Part shown: piece by piece, positions 51,722 to 64,000 of the stretch
Layout of the letters: each line of letters starts with the position of its first letter
Position numbering within the stretch: the stretch's first letter is position 1
Source of the DNA: Eledone cirrhosa
Taxonomy: Eukaryota
Direction: 5' to 3'
DNA: 64,000 bases
Assembly: GCA_964016885.1 (NCBI GenBank)
Contig: OZ024764.1
Location: 28,396,001-28,460,000, forward strand
Program-made: the position numbers and the translations under genes
Notes under the pieces: generated by a model
Told to the model about the DNA's origin: nothing
The model's input: the letters and a program-made list of their open reading frames with translations, nothing else
The model's database searches: none

Positions 51722-52305
51722 CATCATCCTCAACATCATTTTACGTCCGCTTTTCCCTGCTTGTAAGGGTTGGACGGGCCCTATTCAGCACAGTATCTCT
51801 CCACTTGTCACAGTCCTTCGTCATCTCCTCCGTGAGTTTCAGCGATCTGAGGTCTGCTCTCACCACCTCCGCCCATGTTTTTCGTGGTCTACCTCTACTA
51901 CGTCTTCCTTCAACTGGGATTTCCTGGCACTTCTTTACCCAGCGGTCATCCTCCATGCTCATCCCATGTCCATACCATCTCAGCCTTCTCTCCTGCACAC
52001 CACAACTTATCCCTCCTATACCCAGTTTCACTCTCAACTCATCCATGCTTGGTCGTTCACGTACATTGACATAGCACATCCAACGGAGCATGCTTGCTTC
52101 ATTTCTCTCCAGCCGTCGCACATCCTCTGCAGTTGCTGCCCATGTCTCACTACCATGCAGCATCGCACATCTCACACAGGCATGATATAACCGTCCTTTC
52201 GTACGCAGGGAGAAACCCTTCTTTGTCAACAAAGGAAGCAGCTCCCTAAATTTCTTCCAACCCGTCCTTATTCTAGATACTATGGCTTCGGAACACCCCT
52301 TCTCA
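51722..52305 (-). mobile_element. RTE-clade LINE 3' fragment
   Basis: GCSEAIVSRIRTGWKKFRELLPLL...LHGSETW...RRLRWYGH...GRRSRGRPRKTW; (GAT)-like tail. The track ORF is fused artefactually to the NF1 exon region. Confidence 0.9.
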
Positions 52306-52346
52306 TGTTTATATATATATAAGAAATTATCATAAAAATACCCTAC

Positions 52347-52530
52347 CTGGTCAAGTTGGGTAACCACGGCGTAATATATTCTAAACACAAATGTTTCATC
52401 TCAATGTTGGAGTTGCCGAAGCCCTGAATACATTCTTCAAGAAATTCAAGGGTTAAATGTGGCTCATTAGCGGCTAATTTCTCACTGATTGATTTGATGA
52501 AGATAGTGTTATTGGCAGGAATACATAGAC
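52347..52530 (-). CDS. NF1: Neurofibromin exon: (G)LCIPANNTIFIKSISEKLAANEPHLTLEFLEECIQGFGNSNIEMKHLCLEYITPWLPNLT(R)
   Basis: CAG|GT...AG|GTAGGG, 184 nt; near-identical to human. Confidence 0.98.
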
Positions 52531-52591
52531 CTGGAAAGAGAAGAATGAACATGTGACTTGAGTGGAATTACACTGAAGCAGGGGGAGAAGT

Positions 52592-53410
52592 TTAACCCTT
52601 TATCATTTATATTACTCTATATATACTATTGTATTTTCACAGTAAAGGCTTTACCTCACATAATATCTCACATAACATTTACATTACTCTATATATACTA
52701 TTGTATTTTCACAGTAAAGGCTTCACCTCACATAATATCTCACATAACATTTACATTACTCTATATATACTATTGTATTTTCACAGTAAAGGCTTTACCT
52801 CACATAATATCTCACATAACATTTACATTACTCTATATATACTATTGTATTGTCACAGTAAAGGCTTTACCTCACATAATATCTCACATAACATTTACAT
52901 TACTCTATATATACTATTGTATTGTCACAGTAAAGGCTTTACCTTACATAATATCTCACATAACATTTACATTACTCTATATATACTATTGTATTGTCAC
53001 AGTAAAGGCTTTACCTCACATAATACCTCACATAACATTTACATTACTCTATATATACTATTGTATTGTCACAGTAAAGGCTTTACCTCACATAATATCT
53101 CACATAACATTTACATTACTCTATATATACTATTGTATTGTCACAGTAAAGGCTTTACCTCACATAATACCTCACATAACATTTACATTACTCTATATAT
53201 ACTATTGTATTGTCACAGTAAAGGCTTTACCTCACATAATATCTCACATAACATTTACATTACTCTATATATACTATTGTATTTTCACAGTAAAGGCTTT
53301 ACCTCACATAATATCGAATCTATGAGATTTTGATGTTATTTATTTCGAGAACAATGCATTAACATCAGTATGAGTGGCCAATTTGAACAGAAAGAGATGA
53401 GAGAATTCTG
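52592..53410 (+). mobile_element. MITE family A copy with a 72-bp left-end array (~10 copies), right end truncated
   Basis: TTAACCCTTTATCATT start, 72-bp units, then body ...GAACAGAAAGAGATGAGAGAATTCTG. Confidence 0.85.
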
Positions 53411-53511
53411 AGGGAGGTAGGTGTAAAAGACAAACTCACTATCTTCAACTCAGTCATCAGAAGAAGGGAGGTAGGTGTAAAAGACAAACTCACTATCTTC
53501 AACTCAGTCAT

Positions 53512-53686
53512 CATTCCAACCTTTAACTATAGTCATGAATCTTTGGTAATGACCGAAAAAATACGATCGTGAATACAAGCGGCTGAAATGGGGTTCCACC
53601 AAAGGGTCTTTGGAGTAACGTTACTTGATAGAGTGCAAAGCTCAGAGATCAGACAATTATTCCAGGTAGAGCCACTACTTCTCCGA
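53512..53686 (+). mobile_element. Degenerate RTE/Expander-like LINE fragment (related piece ~39070-39200)
   Basis: Translates SHESLVMTEKIRS*IQAAEMGFHQRVFGVTLLDRVQSSEIRQLFQVEPLLL. Confidence 0.65.
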
Positions 53687-53861
53687 AAATTCAGCCAATT
53701 TTTTTTGAAAATTTAGCCAATTTTTGTCGAAAATTCAGCCAATTTTTGTTGAATATTTAGCCAAAATTTGCTAAATTTTCAGCAAAAATTGGCTGAATTC
53801 TCAAATAAAATTGACAAAAATTTCAACAAAGATTGGCTGAATTTTCAACAAAAATTGGCTA

Positions 53862-54275
53862 GTGTGAACTATAATACATGGTAGATGGCCAGCTAAACCT
53901 ACATAGGTGTGAGCTGTAACATGGTAGGAGGCCAGCTAAACCTACATAGGTGTGACCTGTACTAACATGGAGGAGGCCAGATAAACCTACATAGGTGTGA
54001 ACTGTAACAACATGGAGGAGGCCAGATAAACCTACATAGGTGTGAACTGTAACATGGTAGAAGGCTAGATATAAACCTACATAGGTGTGAGCTGTAACAA
54101 TATGGACGAGGCCAGATAAACCTACATAGGTGTGAACTGTAACATGGTAGAAGGCTAGATATAAACCTACATAGGTGTGAGCTGTAACAATATGGAGGAG
54201 GCCAGATAAACCTACATAGGTGTGAGCTGTAACAACATGGAGGAGGCCAGATAAACCTACATAGGTGTGAACTAT
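53862..54275. repeat. ~45-48-bp minisatellite (AAACCTACATAGGTGTGA...)
   Basis: About 9 copies by inspection. Confidence 0.85.
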
Positions 54276-54369
54276 AAATTAAAATTTCTTTCATTTTTTA
54301 AAACATTTGCCTATGAATACTTGACCTGCTAGAAAAAGAAATGGAAAAGTAAAGAAAAGATTCCCATAC

Positions 54370-54487
54370 CTGTGGTTTCTAGGAGTTGTCCTTCAATTTT
54401 TAGGTCAAATGTTTGAGTAAGGGCACAGAGAAGATTGTAGGCTGCTGACCGAAGACTTGGGTCAGAGCTGCCAAGGTTTAGAAGGGC
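54370..54487 (-). CDS. NF1: Neurofibromin exon: ALLNLGSSDPSLRSAAYNLLCALTQTFDLKIEGQLLETT(G)
   Basis: TAG|GCC...G|GTATGG, 118 nt; near-identical to human. Confidence 0.98.
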
Positions 54488-54897
54488 CTACAACAAAAAT
54501 CATAGCCAAATACAGAAACAAAATTATCAAATTTTATATAGTTCATCATCATCATCATTTTATATATACATACATATATATGTTTTTAATCGATTGACTA
54601 GATCCCAGACCTAATATGCTCACCGAGCAGGATAGAACTCATCAAATTGGACCAAGGAAACAGTGTTTCCATTAGTCTTTCCATTGCTGATACTCTTGCC
54701 AGAAACAAAATTATCAAATTTTATATCGTTCATCATCATCATGAATTCATCCATCTTTTTCAAACCGTCATGATGCTTGAAGACTTAATTGATCATCTTC
54801 GAAACACATCACTAGAATATGGACTTATTTCAACCAAATATTGTGTTTATTGAAGCCTTTCTTTTCAGTGACATGATTTCCTTTTGAATTTTTATGT

Positions 54898-55682
54898 TTA
54901 ACCCTTTAGCATTTAAACCGGCCATAACTATCTCACCTCTTTCTATTCAAACTGGCTGTAACTGGCTGCTCATACCTACATTAAGGTATTGTTCTCAAAA
55001 TAAATAAAATCAAAATCACGTAGATTCGATATTATGTGAGATAATTATGTAAGATAAAGCCTTTACCATGAAAATACAATAGTATATATAGAGTAATGTA
55101 AATGTTATGTCAGATAATTATGTAAGTTTAAGCCTTTACCATGAAAATACAATAGTATATATAGAGTAATGTAAATGTTATGTGAGATATTATGTAAGAT
55201 AAAGCCTTTACTGTGAAAATACAATAGTATATATAGAGTAATGTAAATGTTATGTGAGATATTATGTGAGGTAAAGCCTTTACTGTGAAAATACAATAGT
55301 ATATATAGAGTAATGTAAATGTTATGTGAGATATTATGTGAGGTAAAGCCTTTACTGTGAAAATACAATAGTATATATAGAGTAATGTAAATGTTATGTG
55401 AGATATTATGTTAGATAAAGCCTTTACTGTGAAAATACAATAGTATATATAGAGTAATGTAAATGTTATGCGAGATATTATGTGAGGTAAAGCCTTTACT
55501 GTGAAAATACAATAGTATATATAGAGTAATGTGAGATATTATGTGAGGTAAAGCCTTTACCTTGAAAATACAATAGTATATATAGAGTAATGTAAATGTT
55601 ATGTGAGATATTATGTGAGGTAAAGCCTTTACTGTGAAAATACAATAGTATATATAGAGTAATGTAAATGGTAAAGGGTTAA
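54898..55682 (-). mobile_element. Complete MITE family A copy (reverse) with a 72-bp array
   Basis: TTAA-CCCTTTAGCATTT ... AAATGGTAAAGGG-TTAA; single internal TTAA at 54981-54984. Confidence 0.88.
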
Positions 55683-55789
55683 ATCATTTCCATTAGGCTC
55701 TGAAGCGGGAATCTTATCAAACATTTATTTTTACTGGACAAACATCAACCGTAAAATTGATGATTATATAATTTATATGCAAATCAAGT

Positions 55790-56120
55790 CCACAGTCTAA
55801 TGTCTGAAATCAGTAAAAGAAGGCAGTGCCCCAGCATGGCCACAGTCTAATGTCTGAAATCAGTCAAAGAAGGCAGTGCCCCAGCATGGCCACAGTCTAA
55901 TGTCTGAAATCAGTAAAAGAAGGCAGTGCCCCAGCATGGCCACAGTCTAATGTCTGAAATCAGTAAAAGAAGGCAGTGCCCCAGCATGGCCACAGTCTAA
56001 TGTCTGAAATCAGTAAAAGAAGGCAGTGCCCCAGCATGGCCACAGTCTAATGTCTGAAATCAGTAAAAGAAGGCAGTGGCCCCAGCATGGCCACAGTCTA
56101 ATTAGTGAAATCAATAAAAG
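55790..56120. repeat. 50-bp minisatellite (~6.5 copies), probably from a SINE 3' end
   Basis: CACAGTCTAATGTCTGAAATCAGTAAAAGAAGGCAGTGCCCCAGCATGGC at 55791, 55841, 55891 and onward. Confidence 0.85.
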
Positions 56121-56169
56121 GTAGCCGGTGCCCGAGCATGATTAAACAAGAAGTAGTAAAGCCACTTAC

Positions 56170-56232
56170 CACATTAAGTAAAGTACCGGGAACATCTTTA
56201 GGTCTAATCTTTGTATGAACAGTAACAGTGTC
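56170..56232 (-). CDS. NF1: Neurofibromin exon: DTVTVHTKIRPKDVPGTLLNV
   Basis: CAG|GAC...GTG|GTAAGT, 63 nt; matches human HTKIRPKDVPGTLLNI. Confidence 0.97.
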
Positions 56233-56317
56233 CTGGAATAACAGACAGAAGAGAGAGGTGAACACTTGAGAGAGTGTGGAGTGGCATGTCTGGACTCTGG
56301 TGACTGGTGTTGATAGG

Positions 56318-57424
<1,107 letters not shown>

Positions 57425-57475
57425 TTATTGAAGATACTAGCAGAAAAACCACCCTTTGGGTGATTTTTCTGCTAG

Positions 57476-57822
57476 CATGTGTAGTGTGTATATTGATATT
57501 ATACACAAGTATATAGACATGTAGATAAGATACATGTGTAGTGTGTATATTGATATTATACACAAGTATATAGACATGTAGATATGATACATGTGTAGTG
57601 TGTATATTGATATTATACACAAGTATATAGACATGTAGATATGATACATGTGTAGTGTGTATATTGATATTATACACAAGTATATAGACATGTAGATATG
57701 ATACATGTGTAGTGTGTATATTGATATTATACACAAGTATATAGACATGTAGATATGATACATGTGTAGTGTGTATATTTATCATTATACACAAGTATAT
57801 AGACATGTAGATATGATACATC
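57476..57822. repeat. 57-bp minisatellite (~6 copies)
   Basis: CATGTGTAGTGTGTATATTGATATTATACACAAGTATATAGACATGTAGATATGATA repeated. Confidence 0.88.
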
Positions 57823-58418
57823 AAATAACACCGTAATTGACAATATACACAGAAATTGAACGAAGACTGCGTTACACTCTCTTATGTAATCAGTAACGTA
57901 ATCCATGATACATTAAAAAAAGACGATGTTATATATAAACTGTATTAGGAGAAAATTAGTGACGGAAATATATGAATGTTTATTTAAGCGATTGCTAACC
58001 GGAAGTGTTGATATTCCCAAAATTTTAAAGAAGTGAATCTTTAAATAAACAATAAAATATATTTAATGAACAGCCACGAAATTTAGCAGATAAATTATGT
58101 AATATTCATTCATTATTTATTCAAAGTAATCCATCTTATTTTACAAATGGGATAAAAAATTATAAACCATACACAGTCCCGCACTTCTTACTTTATTATA
58201 GTTTAGATGTGGTTAATTTGTTAAGAAGTCACACCTGGACAAAGGTACAAAGATTATATTTAATATCAAGCCTTTATTGAAGGTATGTGGCCGAGTGAGT
58301 AGAGAATTGGATTTGCAATCGTGAGGTTGTAAATTCAATTCCTGGATCAGGCGATGTGTTATGTCCTTGAGCAAGACACATTGCTCCTTCTGCCTGGATT
58401 TGTAACCGGTAGATAGTA

Positions 58419-58974
58419 TTAACCCTTTAGCATTTAAACCGGCTGTATCCGGCTAGAAATCTCTCACCTCTTTCTGTTCAAACTAGCCATAACCGGCTGC
58501 TCATACTTACGTTAACCCTTTAGCATTTACATTACTCTATATATACTATTGTATTTTCATGGTAAAGGCTTTACCTCACGTAATATCTCACATAACATTT
58601 ACATTACTCTATATATACTATTGTATTTTCATGGTAAAGGCTTTACCTCACATAATATCTCACATAACATTTACATTACTCTATATATACTATTGTATTT
58701 TCATGGTAAAGGCTTTACCTCATGTAATATCAAATCTATGAGATTTTGAAAGTATTTATTTTGAGAACAATACCTTAACATCAGTTTGAGCGACCAGTTA
58801 CAGCCAGTTTCAACAGAAAGAGGTAGAGAATTCTGACTGGTTTTGGCCGGTTTGAACATTAAAGGGTTAAGGTATTGTTCTCAAAATCTCATAGATTTGA
58901 TATTATGTGAAATAAAGTGTTAACCATGAAAATACAATAGTAAGTATAGAGTAATGTAAATGTAAAAGGTTTAA
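58419..58974. mobile_element. MITE family A (reverse) with a second family A copy (forward, 58512-58870) nested at its internal TTAA
   Basis: Outer copy is split at ...CATACTTACG|TTAA and TTAA|GGTATTGTTCTC; the uninterrupted equivalent is CATACCTACA-TTAA-GGTATTGTTCTC at 54971-54996. Confidence 0.88.
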
Positions 58975-59152
58975 AGAATACAATAAAAATCCCATAACTC
59001 CTTCGTAGAGGCACCATTATATGGTGTGTCTAGGGCACTTTTAAACCTGGACGAGCCCAAACCTCTCCAGGTTTGAATGCAGCCGATTTTATCTATAGAG
59101 GAAGAATCAACCCCAGTACTAGACTGGTACTTTTTTTATCGACCTTGAAAGG

Positions 59153-60267
<1,115 letters not shown>

Positions 60268-60712
60268 CTACTGACTCCACAGACAGGCCGAGTGTCCGAA
60301 TCTCGCCTACATATGGTTCTACGTTCTGTTAAGTGCATTTTATGATGGCACCAATGCTAGGGAGGTTGTCATGTTTTTGACACAACTGAAGGGTTCTCCC
60401 AAGCCCTTGTTTGATGAGTTTTCTGTGGCTGGATGTCCTTCCTATCACTAACCACTTTACAGAGTGTACTGGGTACATTTATCGTGTAGATTACCAGCAC
60501 TAGGGAGGTCGTCATGTCTTTGACACAACTAAAGGGGTGTCCAAGCCTTGTTTGACAAGCATTCTACAGCTGGATGCTTTTCCCATCACCAACCACTTTA
60601 CAGAGCGTACTGGGTGTGTTTACCATGTCTATCTTGAACACAAGTTGGACAAATGATAAAAAAGGGGAATAAATGATTTTTAAAAAAAGGGAAGGAATGA
60701 TAAAGCACTTAC

Positions 60713-60851
60713 TTTAAGGGCCACTTTAGTATCCTTGTGTGACAGCTTCAGTGCATTGTTGTAGACTTTCAGATCTTCTTCTAAGGCCAACGTGGTTCCT
60801 GGCATCTTACCAGAATGATCCTGGTCGATGTAATCATACAAGTTTGATGGA
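60713..60851 (-). CDS. NF1: Neurofibromin exon, 5' end lost in the gap: [46 protein letters not shown]
   Basis: Ends AAA|GTAAGT; matches human [32 protein letters not shown]; open frame runs into the Ns. Confidence 0.95.
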
Positions 60852-61051
60852 NNNNNNNNNNNNNNNNNNNNNNNNNNNNNNNNNNNNNNNNNNNNNNNNN
60901 NNNNNNNNNNNNNNNNNNNNNNNNNNNNNNNNNNNNNNNNNNNNNNNNNNNNNNNNNNNNNNNNNNNNNNNNNNNNNNNNNNNNNNNNNNNNNNNNNNNN
61001 NNNNNNNNNNNNNNNNNNNNNNNNNNNNNNNNNNNNNNNNNNNNNNNNNNN
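60852..61051. other. Assembly gap (200 N)
   Basis: Run of exactly 200 N, suggesting a fixed-size placeholder. Confidence 0.97.
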
Positions 61052-61199
61052 GAAAATGTATAACTTCCGGCTGCAGACCGGAACGTGATGGCTCGGGGTA
61101 GATGGCGCTGCGGCTGATGTGGTTTGCCATCACCGTATATAATTCTTAGCTGAGACTCTGATGGCGGTAGAGCTAGTGTTGGTTAACTAGTAAGGTAGG

Positions 61200-61252
<53 letters not shown>

Positions 61253-61309
61253 GTAGGTAGGTAGGTAGGTAGGTAGATAGATAGATATATAGAGAGAGAG
61301 AGAGAGATG

Positions 61310-61680
61310 TTTCTTTATTAACCACAGGGGCACAGAAGAAGTGGACAAATATAAAGGGGGAAGTTTACATACAATAAAAACGTGTAAAATGTTATCACAA
61401 ATGCAATTTAAAAAATTAGTCGATTTTCCCCAATAGGGGGAGACATTACATATGGGTAACACATACCCCCGAAAAAATGTGCAACCCTCAACTCCAGGAG
61501 TACGAAGAGTTTGTACTCCTTTCCTCTCTTTCTCTTTTTCCTCAACCTACAGGCTGATATAGAGAGAAGGCCCATTCACTCGGGCCATTCTCGCCACTTT
61601 CACCCACCTTTCATAAAACTTGCTGGGGTACAGCACCCCTCTCTCCATCCTGACTCTTCTTCCAAAGTGGTATTTGAAAA
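61310..61680 (-). mobile_element. LINE 3' end (L1/Tx1-like) inserted in (AGAT)n/(AG)n
   Basis: Homologous to 29530-29860; flanked on both sides by AGAT/AG microsatellite. Confidence 0.6.
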
Positions 61681-61687
61681 AAAGAAT

Positions 61688-63670
<1,983 letters not shown>

Positions 63671-64000
63671 CACTATTCATGTCTCCCGCACAATCCCCTC
63701 CTGGCCATCACTAACGATGGAAAGACACTCCTACAACCATTCTCATTACAATTTCCAATTCCCACAACCCACAACCCGACCAAACCTTCTCACGACATTT
63801 TCTTCCTCTACTTACACCACCACCACCACCGCCACTATCACCACTATAAACACCAACACCACCACTACCACCAACAACAACACCACCACCACTGCCAACA
63901 ACAACACCACCACCACCGTTTCCACCTCCAGCACAACCACCGCCACCACCACCCTCTCTCTTTCCCTCACCTTCCCCATCTCCCTCCCTCTCTCTCCCTC

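Noticed and set aside
52558-53333. 234-255 aa repetitive ORFs
   Set aside because: 72-bp MITE-derived tandem units; no coding signature.
61052-61190. GC-richer segment after the gap as the missing NF1 exon part
   Set aside because: The minus-strand translation shows no resemblance to the expected Sec14-domain sequence.

Overview
Repeat-dense eukaryotic DNA, most likely a cephalopod (Octopus-like SINEs, RTE/CR1/Penelope fragments, long (TA)n tracts; the taxon is inferred). The window lies inside a minus-strand neurofibromin (NF1) gene. I assembled 19 coding exons by hand (60851 down to 17228). All visible junctions are GT-AG with consistent phases, and they encode the end of the Sec14-PH module and the following HEAT-like region. 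The gene continues beyond both window edges. The introns hold a >16 kb 80-bp satellite with higher-order structure (1-16078) and TTAA-specific piggyBac-like MITEs whose internal segments have expanded into kb-scale arrays. They also hold tRNA-headed SINEs with an RTE-type tail and two Penelope-like retroelement fragments. Most notable: (i) at least six minimal type I hammerhead-ribozyme motifs from four sequence families, plus degenerate or half copies, three of them in NF1-sense orientation in one intron; (ii) several intronic tandem arrays or duplications derived from NF1's own exon-intron junctions, creating many decoy splice sites, two sets leading straight into a stop codon; (iii) a MITE nested in its own family, with an empty TTAA site visible elsewhere in the window. 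Nearly all ORFs in the supplied track are repeat artefacts. All coordinates and copy numbers were counted by eye.
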